Origin: Oligoflexales bacterium
GTDB lineage: Bacteria; Bdellovibrionota_B; Oligoflexia; Oligoflexales; Bog-1112
Assembly (NCBI GenBank): GCA_045105515.1
Contig: JBGCDR010000161.1
Coordinates: 1-52,597 of the forward strand
Direction: 5' to 3'
Length of the DNA stretch: 52,597 nucleotides
The translations under genes and the position numbers were made by a program. The notes beneath the pieces are model-generated. The model had not been told where the DNA came from, did no database searches, and worked only from the letters and a program-made list of their open reading frames with translations. Positions 30,469 to 40,145 of this stretch are shown piece after piece. Each line of letters begins with the position of its first letter. The stretch's first letter is position 1.

Positions 30469-31349
30469 AAAGGTGCCTTATCATTATAGCCTCTCAACAG
30501 GATGAAGCTGCTGTCGCATGGCATGAGATGTGCTTACAAATTGGCAGAAAGTCCCTTTTCCTTACTGTTGAAAGTTATAACCACGGCTGGACATTTCAAG
30601 GGTCGAACAGTAGATGTTTTATAAAGTCTGTAGACTTTGGCAAAATTCATTTGGTTGACGAGTCAATTTGTTTTTATACTAGAATTCCCTTTAATCTGCC
30701 AAAAAATTTTTTTTCTCTTAAAGTGCTTAACGATTTCCTTTCTTTAATTTCCTATGACCACGGCGGTTATTTTTTTAGAGGCGCAGTTGAAGCTAATTAC
30801 AATACTAAGCCTTTACAATTTCTACTTAGAGGGTGTTTTTCGTACCCTTTTACTTTAATAGGAAATGTTGGGTTAGTAAAAAAAAAATTGAGATCAGATT
30901 ATATTACTAAATCTTTGAGTTTTACTAGAAGTCAAGTTGTTGAACTGTCAAGTCCATTGCTGAAAAAATGCGAAAAGGTGATTCTTAATACACCTTCGCA
31001 GGTTCAGGAAAAGATTGTTGGATATGAGGAAAAAATTCATTTCTATAAAAAAAGAAATGGTGACTGGATATTTTTCCCTGTTCGTATTGATTCTGATTCG
31101 TGTGACTATCGGTATTCTGATCCAAATTTTAGTTCATCCAGTTGCGTTGATGGAGAGGGATTAGCTTCTTTTGCAAGCTATATTTTCGAACATTTGGGGT
31201 GCAGATTCTTTGACATAGATATTATTGTGAAAGAAGAAAAAAATTTTTTTTTGGAGATAAACTTGGCTCCGGTACCAACGTTTTTTGAAAGCAAGCTTAT
31301 TCAGAAAAATCAGTTCACTCAAGAAGTATTGATGGATTGGTTGTCATGA
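30465..31349 (+). CDS. RimK/MvdC-like ATP-grasp ligase 2
   Basis: NTKPLQ, ITKSLS..RS.V, QVQEKIVG, DYR, DID, LEINLAP; ATGA overlap. Confidence 0.8.
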   Translation: MKRCLIIIASQQDEAAVAWHEMCLQIGRKSLFLTVESYNHGWTFQGSNSRCFIKSVDFGKIHLVDESICFYTRIPFNLPKNFFSLKVLNDFLSLISYDHGGYFFRGAVEANYNTKPLQFLLRGCFSYPFTLIGNVGLVKKKLRSDYITKSLSFTRSQVVELSSPLLKKCEKVILNTPSQVQEKIVGYEEKIHFYKKRNGDWIFFPVRIDSDSCDYRYSDPNFSSSSCVDGEGLASFASYIFEHLGCRFFDIDIIVKEEKNFFLEINLAPVPTFFESKLIQKNQFTQEVLMDWLS

Positions 31350-32968
31350 TAAAACTAAATCTATTTTGTATAGAGAAAAAGAACTGGCTTCCCTTGACAA
31401 AAACGTCAGTGTTTTTTGTCTGCATGGTACCATTCCTCTTGTATTTTTCCAGTACCGTTGCGCTCTTGTTCCGAGCGGATGCCATAGATTTGATAACGAA
31501 TAAGAGTGGAGATGTGCAGAAGTTAGGTCTGCATTTTTTGAGTTATTTTAGTTTTATGGTTTTAAATGTTTTGCTTAATACCTTATTCGATAGGTTTTCT
31601 GAAAGAGAGGTACAAATTACCATTAGTAAATGGATTAAATTAGCTTTACCTTCTGGGTTTATGTCAGATATGTCAATTGAATCACCGACTATCTTCTATC
31701 AAAATATGGTTAGCAGGCTTTCCGAAATTAAAGCAGCTTATTTTCGAATAATTTATAAATTTTTTACTTTCGTAGCGTCTTTAGTATTTTTTGGATTTGT
31801 TGTGTGGAAAGAGGGTTATTATAAACCACTGATAATTAGTCCTATCATTTTTTTTATGGTAATGCTTTCTGAGCAGATCCTGAAGAAAGAATTTAGATCT
31901 AGGTGTAGAGAAGATCTTAAATCTGCTGATAGGTTTACAGAATGGCTGAAGAGTGTTTTTAGCTCTTGGGCTATGATAAGTCGAGTGTGGGCTCCTGATT
32001 TAATTAGAAAATGGTCATATCTTCACGTTGATGAGAAGCTTTATCATATGAAACGCCTTCTTAAGACCTCTACAGCAAGAGACACAATTCAGAGTCTATT
32101 CTTAAATTCGTCTACTATCGCTTTAGCTATTTTTTTCTTATATGAAGCTTACTGTGATTCAATCACAGTTGGAATGGCTCTTTCATGGCTGCCTCTTTGT
32201 AACTATATCAACGAAGGTGCTTTTAATATACTTGATTGCGTAAAATCTTTGACTGAAAAAAGGATAAAAGAAGAACACTTGCAAGGGTATTTGAGAGGCG
32301 TTTATGATAGGCAGTTTACAGTTCAGCATGATACATCGAGACTTACATCATTTGAAAAAATACCTTGGTCAGTTAATGTTTCATTGCCTGGTATTCAATT
32401 AATTGCAAATAGCAATCCAGGAATATATTGTGTTCGAGGCACTAACGGATCTGGAAAAAGTACCTTATTAAGGTATCTTTCTGGGATGCCTATAGATCCT
32501 CTTCTTAGAGAGAAGCTAGACAGATACGTTTCAATGTCTGGATTTGATTCTAAATTTACTTGCCTATTGCCCCAAGATCTTGCTCAGGTATATCCCTTAA
32601 AATCCCTAGGTCAGCACCTTTACGGTCCAGAGTGTCAACTACTTAACGAATATTTAATTGCTGAATGCAAAAGTAGATTCGCTGAATGGCAGTTCAGCAA
32701 AAATTTGGTTGCGCGTTGGATATTCGTTTTGAGGCGTATTGACAAATTATTCGATGAAAGATCGAAGCTATCTGGGGGCGAGAGCCGACTTGTTCAGATA
32801 GCTAGGATTTTGATTAGCAGATCACCGGAAAATACAATTCTCGTATTAGATGAACCAGAGCTTTCATTAGACGAAGAAAACAGAAAATTGGTTTTTGAGA
32901 CAATTAAAACTATTGGCCAAAAGTTCCCTTTAATAATGGTCACACATACGATTCAAAATTTAGATTAA
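31346..32968 (+). CDS. ABC exporter (TMD + NBD), no C39 peptidase domain
   Basis: TM helices, Walker A GTNGSGKST, LSGGE, ILVLDEP, VTH. ATG at 31346 overlaps the previous TGA. Confidence 0.85.
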   Translation: MIKLNLFCIEKKNWLPLTKTSVFFVCMVPFLLYFSSTVALLFRADAIDLITNKSGDVQKLGLHFLSYFSFMVLNVLLNTLFDRFSEREVQITISKWIKLALPSGFMSDMSIESPTIFYQNMVSRLSEIKAAYFRIIYKFFTFVASLVFFGFVVWKEGYYKPLIISPIIFFMVMLSEQILKKEFRSRCREDLKSADRFTEWLKSVFSSWAMISRVWAPDLIRKWSYLHVDEKLYHMKRLLKTSTARDTIQSLFLNSSTIALAIFFLYEAYCDSITVGMALSWLPLCNYINEGAFNILDCVKSLTEKRIKEEHLQGYLRGVYDRQFTVQHDTSRLTSFEKIPWSVNVSLPGIQLIANSNPGIYCVRGTNGSGKSTLLRYLSGMPIDPLLREKLDRYVSMSGFDSKFTCLLPQDLAQVYPLKSLGQHLYGPECQLLNEYLIAECKSRFAEWQFSKNLVARWIFVLRRIDKLFDERSKLSGGESRLVQIARILISRSPENTILVLDEPELSLDEENRKLVFETIKTIGQKFPLIMVTHTIQNLD

Positions 32969-32985
32969 AGAGGTAAGCTTGAAAA

Positions 32986-34233
32986 ATGATGATATTCAAT
33001 AATAATAAATTAGATAAGTTTTTAGACGATTCAAATAATCTTGAAGAGTCTGCTACGCTTCGCAATGCGTTTTCAGATATTGATCTTTGTTTAGCCGACA
33101 TCACAGATCTCTTTCGCAATATTGTTAAGCAGAAAGACCCTTACAATACATTAAAGATATACGTTGATAGAGCAATTAGACATGATTTTGAAGCAGAGGT
33201 TCTCGACAAGGAGTTCAGGTCAGAGGAAACTCTACAGGCATGGTGTGAGAGAGTCTTTAAGAGCAAAAACTATTGTCTTGAATCAAACCATGGCGATCAT
33301 TATTCTGAGATTCTCAGTCGTAAAATTGCAAGAGCAGTATCTCCTTTGTTCGAAAGAACTAAACTACCTCTTGGCGGGGTCGCCATTAGCATTTTTGCTG
33401 GTGACTATGGTTTCACTCCTTTTGGTGTTCATTATGACCACGATCTGAGTAGTGTTTTTCATTTTCATTTGGGGCCTAATAATAAAAAGATACATCTATG
33501 GGATAGAGAAACTTTTCTTAAGGAAACTGGGAGTATCAAACCTTATTTTGATGCTAAAAAAATCCTAAGTTCGGGTCATTCCGACATTATAGAAAAAAAT
33601 GATTTCTACAATTTGCCAGGTAATTATCATCATGTGGGTGAAACTCTTGGTTATTCTGTCGGTATAGCGGTGGCGCTCGTGCGGTTTAATCAGCAAGCTT
33701 TTTTTTCTAATGTACTTTCGTACCTAAATAATAGTATCTTGCGAGGAAAAGGGACCGATATTCTTGATCATCGTACCCACAATCTAACCACCTGTGGTGA
33801 GGAACAGTTTTATGTCCAGTTTCTTGAACATCTAACTTGCGATCTGACGGCTCCATTTGGAGAGGTGCTCAAACAAGCCTATCGGGATTATCGTCACTCT
33901 ATCTTGAGTAATGCGGGTCTTGTTACGGCCTCAAAACCAAGGAATATTGATAGCTCTACTTTCGAAAAATGTCAATTTATTCCAATAACCCCATTCAAAA
34001 TATCGTATTATAACGAGCATGGTAAGTTAATCTATTTTGTCCGACGAAATAAGTTTGTGTGTTCTTATCATCCTGATATCACTAAATTTTTCGACAAGCT
34101 GAATGATGGGAATACATTTTTGTTAAACCAAGTTTATTCTGAGTTGAAGTCTCTCCGAAAGGATCAGATTATAAATCTACTCAAAGGCATTGTTTCCTAC
34201 AATGGAATGGATTGTGATGTTAAAGCACAATAA
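32986..34233 (+). CDS. JmjC/cupin 2-oxoglutarate-Fe(II) oxygenase
   Basis: TPFGVHYD (HxD), FHLGP, YHHVG (distal His); C-terminal winged-helix-like extension. Confidence 0.75.
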   Translation: MMIFNNNKLDKFLDDSNNLEESATLRNAFSDIDLCLADITDLFRNIVKQKDPYNTLKIYVDRAIRHDFEAEVLDKEFRSEETLQAWCERVFKSKNYCLESNHGDHYSEILSRKIARAVSPLFERTKLPLGGVAISIFAGDYGFTPFGVHYDHDLSSVFHFHLGPNNKKIHLWDRETFLKETGSIKPYFDAKKILSSGHSDIIEKNDFYNLPGNYHHVGETLGYSVGIAVALVRFNQQAFFSNVLSYLNNSILRGKGTDILDHRTHNLTTCGEEQFYVQFLEHLTCDLTAPFGEVLKQAYRDYRHSILSNAGLVTASKPRNIDSSTFEKCQFIPITPFKISYYNEHGKLIYFVRRNKFVCSYHPDITKFFDKLNDGNTFLLNQVYSELKSLRKDQIINLLKGIVSYNGMDCDVKAQ

Positions 34234-34975
34234 ATCTATAAAACAGGTACTTCTATTACTCACCTTACTTGGGGTGCTTTCTGTCCCTTATGTCTTTATG
34301 AATGCGTGGTGGAAGTTCCTCCCCTCATTTATGGCAATTTGCTTATTTGTTTATGCTTATGATGTGAATAATTGGAAAGACCGTCTTGGCTTTAGTTTAG
34401 AGAAAATATCAATTTTGAGGACCTTCATTGCTTGGATAGTGGCACTAACAGCGACACCTTTTACGTTGTTGCTAGTTATGAAGTATGAAGGTTTAACCTA
34501 TGTCAAGGATGGCTTGACATTTTACAGATTTATGCCTTTTTTTCAAAGCTTAAACGAAGAAATTGTATTCAGAGCTATCTTTTTCAGCATCTGCTTTGAT
34601 AGAAGGTGGAATTCAAACTCTTTTAATTTTGCTATATCGGGGCTATTTTCCTTAACTCACGGATTGTTATACTTGTCTCTTGAAAATTATATGATCACTT
34701 TTGGTGTTTTAATTTCTCTTTTTCTCTTTTCATATTCTATGAATTGCATTTTTTTAGCCTGCAATAGTATTTTGCCCACATTTATCATTCACTTTTCATG
34801 GAACTTTTATCGATTCCCGAATCAATGGATTGATAGGTCTGGAAAACTTCTATCAGAGGCGGGATCGTTCGTAGCGATTGAAGGAAGTTTGATTGTATTT
34901 GTATTATCCGCTTTTATATTTTTGTCTAAGCATCGAATAGCGAATACTTTCCTTAAAAGCGAGATAGAAAGTTAA
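34217..34975 (+). CDS. CPBP/CAAX (Abi) intramembrane metalloprotease
   Basis: EEIVFR, FSLTH, HFSWN motifs; multiple TM helices. Confidence 0.88.
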   Translation: MLKHNKSIKQVLLLLTLLGVLSVPYVFMNAWWKFLPSFMAICLFVYAYDVNNWKDRLGFSLEKISILRTFIAWIVALTATPFTLLLVMKYEGLTYVKDGLTFYRFMPFFQSLNEEIVFRAIFFSICFDRRWNSNSFNFAISGLFSLTHGLLYLSLENYMITFGVLISLFLFSYSMNCIFLACNSILPTFIIHFSWNFYRFPNQWIDRSGKLLSEAGSFVAIEGSLIVFVLSAFIFLSKHRIANTFLKSEIES

Positions 34976-35196
34976 AAATTTTACTGAATAGTCAGTTTAT
35001 TATTTTTCCGGTTTCGAGTAGTTGTGGGTTATCTTGATGGCATTGATTGTTATGGAAGTATGATAGGTGCATTAGGTCCGGTATTTAAAATTCAAAATGT
35101 ACTAAAATTATAATATTCCAGCTGAGAATATGTCGTAATATTATGTAGATATTTAGGGTAGGCTAAATTTTTTGACCATTTTAAGCAAGCTTTATG

Positions 35197-35275
35197 AGTA
35201 ATGACAGTGACAATGGAGACAGATGCGACGGAATAGGCTGATGATTAAGCTGTCGCACCTGTCATTACTGTCATT
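35197..35275. repeat. Inverted/iterated GACAG repeats, candidate replication origin of the element
   Basis: AGTAATGACAG (35197-35207) / CTGTCATTACT (35259-35269) perfect IR, plus GACAGATGCGAC / GTCGCACCTGTC. Confidence 0.5.
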
Positions 35276-35389
35276 GCCGTACTTTTTCCAAAAGAGAAAA
35301 AAACTTTCTGCCGAGGGTCTTAGAGGAATCTGAGCCCCCTACCATGCCATACGCTATATTATAATGTCTGGGTTGCATCATTTTACCCA

Positions 35390-37706
35390 TCATTTCGATG
35401 TGTCCAATAGATCAGGATTCACTACTAATATCTTTTGTTTGCCCTGTGATTTAATCTTTAACCTATTATTCTCGCAAAGTATATCCACTGCGCTAGAAAA
35501 ATTGGCAGGTTTTCTCAGTCTAGTAGGGGTAATTGTTCTCTGTGTATCCCTTCGATTTATTTCCTTAGTATTCGACATCCTGCAACAGTCGAGAATCCAC
35601 GCCTCCATTGCTATTGCATTGCTAATTTCCTCGGGCAAAGCTAGTAAATTGAAGAACTTTAGCGACTCCCTTAAATGCCATTCAGCTATTGTACATGCAG
35701 CTTCCATTGTTGAATTCGAGATTGGGGTTTGAATATCAGATTCCAAAGCATGGAAATTGACAGCGATCCTAGCAGCATTATCAGCTGTCTTGCTAGCAAC
35801 ATCTTTTATATCCGCATATTCACCGCTACTGCTGAGTTGCTTTTCGATTCGATCGTGAAGCTTGATCCAGGTCTCCTTTGCGTGAGCATTTATTTCTATG
35901 GTTAATGGATCAAGCTTGCCATATTCATTAAACCTCAGCTCCTTGTTTATTATAGAGCTTATCCTGGCATTGTGTTTTTCTAGCTTTGGCCAATTTTCAG
36001 GAGGGTCTTGAAAAAACCTTTTGCCCTGTGTCGACTCTGGCCAGCTCAAAAGAAAGCGAGCAAAATAACCGATGCCTCGGGCCATTTTTCCAGATTTGTT
36101 GTTAAACTCCTGAATTATCGAAGGCTGAGCCTGTAATCCTATGGTTAACCTAGCGTCTGATACCCGAAATGATTGAGATGTTTTTCTACCAACAGACAAA
36201 GATCCACCATCCCATAAAACATTAAGGCAACGCTAAATTCTTCATAATGTTTTCCGAATTCATGGCTTGAGAGCCAAAAACCAAACCAGCCTCAGATGAT
36301 AATATGCCACTTGAGGGCCATTCTCGTGAGAGAGACCACGCTAAGTTTTCAGGTGTATCATCGCTTTTTAAATATTGTGGCTCGAGCGGCTTAATAGGTT
36401 TTTGCTTTTCAGTTTTTTCGAGAGAACTTTCAAGATCCGAGATTTTTTCTCCCTTTTTTGTTTTATGTTTTATGTTATCTATAATCGCTGATTTCTGGGC
36501 TTCCCAGGATAAGAGCTTTGATTGATATTCTTGCAACTCACTAATATTTTTAGATTCTTGTAATGTTTGGTATTCCATAATTGGTTTTTGAAAAAGCTTG
36601 TCGCAGGTAGATTTTCTTTCTCCTGACTCTGCGATAGCAAGCAAATACAAACTTGCGGGCCCTTCAAGGTTTTGCGCTCTCTTAACATTTACATGTCCTT
36701 GGGCTACGGTGGAGAGGACAGAGAGTGCTGAAGTAACGACAAGTGATATTGGGGCTTGAGTATAGGTCACGACCTCTTCAATAGCATCGCGTAGTAATTG
36801 TGGTAAAGATGACAGGGGATATGGTTTTGATTCATACTCGTCCACAAGAGAATTAGGTGTGGCCCATGTATCTCCGATTTTTTTTGCATTCAGTATCTGT
36901 CGGCAAACCTCATCAAGATTTGTAACGGAAGCAAGGTCATTAAAGTCATTGTGATTTTCGTCCCTAGGCTCGGGAAAGATGGGTTTCGCTAATTTGGCGT
37001 TATATAGCTGAGCAACTTCTGATGCAGCGATTAAGCCTGTATTTTCGTCGTTTTTGAAATCATCATCTGAACATATTATTAACTCAATATCAGGATAAAC
37101 GGTGAGCAGGCTGGTTATAGCTGGCATCATGTTACCTGAAGAAAAAGTTATGAGAGTAGGTAAATTAGTAGCTTCATGAATAGTTGCCCCTGTTGAGTAG
37201 CCTTCTGAGACACACACGGGCTTTGATTCATCAATCGAATCTATTATGTGATAACCTCCCTTCATCTTTTTGTTTTTTTGGAAAAATTTACACCCATTTC
37301 TGAAAATGATTTGTGAAGAAATGCAACTTTCACCAATTTTTATGGGTATTACTAAATTTCCAGCATTATCCTCTTTTATTCCGTGAGATTTTACGTTTTT
37401 TCTTACTAAGTATGGATGCGAATTGCTCGCGCATTTTAATTTTTCAATAGTTTGCAGGTCTCCTGGAAGCGATAGCGAACCGTCACATAAAGATCCCTCC
37501 CATTCTTTTGTTAGACCTCTTGAAAAGTCCCCAAAGGTCCCTTTGTGAGCACTATGGCGTATGCACCAACCAGCTTGGTTTTTTGATCCTTTACCTTTAC
37601 CCGGAATTCTGTACGGCTCTCCATATTTCATGTCATTGGGGGGGATCATTCCACTTTGCCTTACAGAATCTTCAAAACTAAGCCCATCGGAATTCCTAAT
37701 TTGCAT
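35390..37706 (-). pseudogene. TOPRIM primase + DUF3987 (YfjI-like) helicase, split by a single-base frameshift
   Basis: EGYSTG, DDD, NDFND (TOPRIM); SGERKS Walker A. Removing one G at 36226-36227 restores NLALLNVLWDG and joins the two ORFs into 771 aa. Confidence 0.85.
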
Positions 37707-37908
37707 TTTTATCCTCCTGTTTGACTTGACTTAAATTAGCGATTTTACATTCGATCCATTCCTCGATTTCATGCTCTAACCATCCAACAGATCTCCAACT
37801 CAGTTGAATCTGTTTTGGGAATTCTCCTTTTTCAATTAATTGGTAAATGGTTGATCTACCTAGCCCTGTGCGCGATCTAACTTCCGGTAAGCGCAAGAAT
37901 TTAAGCAT
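37696..37908 (-). CDS. alpA: AlpA-family regulator/excisionase
   Basis: LRLPEV..RTGLGRSTIY.....GEFPKQIQL..RSVGW; GGAGG RBS. Confidence 0.93.
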   Translation of the reverse strand: MLKFLRLPEVRSRTGLGRSTIYQLIEKGEFPKQIQLSWRSVGWLEHEIEEWIECKIANLSQVKQEDKNAN

Positions 37909-38040
37909 AAATATCCTCCATATTGAGAATGCTTAAACGGCTTTAGTTCTCCGAAAAGATCTTAAGGGAAGCTACAGGATTTTACTTCTAGTTGCGGTAT
38001 AAAAAGTTAGCAATTGCGAAAAATTAAAATGGTATAATTT

Positions 38041-38769
38041 TTATAGTTCTTTAAAAATTTCCTTTGCATCTCGAAATGTTTGCTCCAGTGTTCGCTTTGC
38101 TAATCCTTCGTAACCATCGAAGGTCGAGGCGAGATAGGTGATCAAAGCGCTTTGATTTTGTATAGTATTCCGAGGGACTAACTCAAAAATCGTATCTACT
38201 AATGCAGATATTACTCTGTGCAATGATTTCTTTTTCCTTGGATTTAAGTCTTTTGAAATAATGTCGTATTTCTTGCTTATAGATATCAATTTATTTTTTT
38301 TTTCAGTAAGCTGGTTTAACAAATTTTCTTTTTCATGCTTCAGCTCATTGCATCTGGTGACCATTTCGTTTTTATCTTTATTTTCTGTTTCTTCTTCGTT
38401 GATTTCTTGTTCTGAAAATAGGTTTCGAGGGCGAAAGCGCTTGTACTTTTTTTTAATAAAACTTTTCAAATCACTTCTTTTAATTCGAAGCTCTTTTCTG
38501 CCAGTTGGTTCGAAACTCTCTAATGTCTCGTCAGTTACTGCTGATAAAATAATTTTATAGCAAATCGAATATCTCTTTTTCCCTTCTTTATCTTCTCCCG
38601 GCCAGTCGAAATAATAGATCTTTTTTTCTCGATCACTACATTTAACGAAGTCTGTGCCCTTGAGGTGGCTTGGAATTCTAATACCTGATATTATTGAAGC
38701 GGCTTCTTCTGAAGAATAATCAATCAAATCATCAATTAATTCACCGTAATCTTGTGTGTCATCTTTCAT
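38041..38769 (-). CDS. Hypothetical protein of the integrative element
   Basis: Lies between int and alpA and overlaps the integrase stop; coiled coil then HTH-like GLAKRTL. Confidence 0.7.
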   Translation of the reverse strand: MKDDTQDYGELIDDLIDYSSEEAASIISGIRIPSHLKGTDFVKCSDREKKIYYFDWPGEDKEGKKRYSICYKIILSAVTDETLESFEPTGRKELRIKRSDLKSFIKKKYKRFRPRNLFSEQEINEEETENKDKNEMVTRCNELKHEKENLLNQLTEKKNKLISISKKYDIISKDLNPRKKKSLHRVISALVDTIFELVPRNTIQNQSALITYLASTFDGYEGLAKRTLEQTFRDAKEIFKEL

Positions 38770-39949
38770 GGTTAGTTTTTAGTTCCTCCAAATAATTAGC
38801 CCAAACCTGCATCATATTTTTTCTTTCTTGAAGATGGGCTGTGCGGTTGTACGCCCTTCCATGGGGATCACGAACAGCGTGACCTAATTGGTGTTCTATT
38901 ATGTCGGGCCTAAATCCAAGAACCTCATCGAGAACTGTACGTGCCATTGCTCTGAACCCATGCCCGGTCATTTCATCTTTAGATATGTCCAATCTTCGAA
39001 GTGCTGCAAGGATAGCGTTGTCACTCATAGGCCGATTTCTGTCTCGTGCACTGTGGAATACATATGGGGAAACGTTTGTTATTGGTTTTATTGTATTTAT
39101 AATTTTGGTTGCTTGTTTGGAAAGAGGAACGATTAATGGTTGTTTTGTTTTCGACAATACAAATGACCATTCATTCGTTTTTAAGTCAAAATTTTCCCAT
39201 TTGGCATGTCTCAGTTCACCCGGGCGCACAAAAACTAAAGGTGCAAGTCTGAGCGCAGCTTTAACAATATCAGAGCCTTGATAACTGTCTAAAGCTCTCA
39301 ATAAAGGTCCGATATTTTTTGGTGAAGTTATTGCTGGAAAATGATTTTTAGTTGCAGGTGTCAATGCTCCCTTTAAATCCGAGCAAGGTTCAAAATCTAA
39401 TCGACTTGTGGCTATAGCGTAACGGAAAATTTGGCGGCAGCGGCTCAAGATCCTGTGTGCGGTTTCATTGGTTCCCCGTTCCTCGATTCGGCGAATAACT
39501 TGAAGAATGCCAATTGGCTTAATCTTGTCAATAGGAGTGTTTCCAATCCAAGGAAATACGTTAAGCTCAAGACTGCGAATAATTCTTTTAGCGTGCGCGG
39601 CGTTCCATGCTTCCTCGTTTTTGTTAAACCATTCGCGAGCAATAATTTCAAATCCGTTTTCAGAAGACTTTCTCAGCGCAGTTTTGAAAGCTTTCTTGTG
39701 TTCGCTTGGATTAATACCGCCTGCTAAGAGGGTCCGGTACTCTTGATGTTTGGTCCTTGCATCTTTTAGAGTGACATCTGGGTAAACGCCAAGTGACACC
39801 TTCTTTTCTTTGCCTGCATAACGGTACTTGTAGCGCCACCATTTTCCGCCGGACTTAGAAATTTCTAGGTGTAACCCTCCTCCGTCAAACAACTTATAAG
39901 TTTTTTCTTTTGGCTTCGCATTCTTGATCTGGGTATTTGTCAAAGGCAT
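38759..39949 (-). CDS. P4-family tyrosine integrase
   Basis: MPLT...DGGGL...WRYKYR...LGVYP arm-binding domain; VRPGELR, HGFR, QLGH, AYNR. Confidence 0.96.
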   Translation of the reverse strand: MPLTNTQIKNAKPKEKTYKLFDGGGLHLEISKSGGKWWRYKYRYAGKEKKVSLGVYPDVTLKDARTKHQEYRTLLAGGINPSEHKKAFKTALRKSSENGFEIIAREWFNKNEEAWNAAHAKRIIRSLELNVFPWIGNTPIDKIKPIGILQVIRRIEERGTNETAHRILSRCRQIFRYAIATSRLDFEPCSDLKGALTPATKNHFPAITSPKNIGPLLRALDSYQGSDIVKAALRLAPLVFVRPGELRHAKWENFDLKTNEWSFVLSKTKQPLIVPLSKQATKIINTIKPITNVSPYVFHSARDRNRPMSDNAILAALRRLDISKDEMTGHGFRAMARTVLDEVLGFRPDIIEHQLGHAVRDPHGRAYNRTAHLQERKNMMQVWANYLEELKTNHER

Positions 39950-40000
39950 TGGGGGCAACAGATCTCCATCTAGTACAAGTTGCCCCTTAAGTTGCCCCCA
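39950..40000. promoter_or_regulatory. Putative integrase arm-type sites at the proximal att
   Basis: TGCCCCTT (39981) and TGCCCCCA (39993) at 12-bp period, plus inverted TGGGGGCA (39950) abutting the int start. Confidence 0.65.
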
Positions 40001-40113
40001 GAAATCTAGGATGTCAATGGATTTAAGTAGACTTTGACGGATGCTGGAAAGTCTTATAAGTTCTTACTTAGCAAGAGGATGTGGATGTTATCGGATCTTG
40101 GCAGAACTCAATT

Positions 40114-40145
40114 TGGTGGAGGCGGCGGGAATCGAACCCGCGTCC
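40114..40145 (-). repeat. tmRNA (ssrA) 3'-end fragment / att site; not a full gene
   Basis: Minus strand GGACGCGGGTTCGATTCCCGCCGCCTCCACCA (T-arm, acceptor strand, ACCA); no tmRNA 5' end seen upstream. Confidence 0.85.

Larger units (their letters stand above)
26871..40127 (-). mobile_element. P4-integrase-type integrative element (int, AlpA, primase/DUF3987) with RiPP-like cargo
   Basis: Identical 14-bp TGGTGGAGGCGGCG at 26871-26884 and 40114-40127; paired TGCCCC arm-like repeats inside both ends; backbone genes at the right end. Confidence 0.85.
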
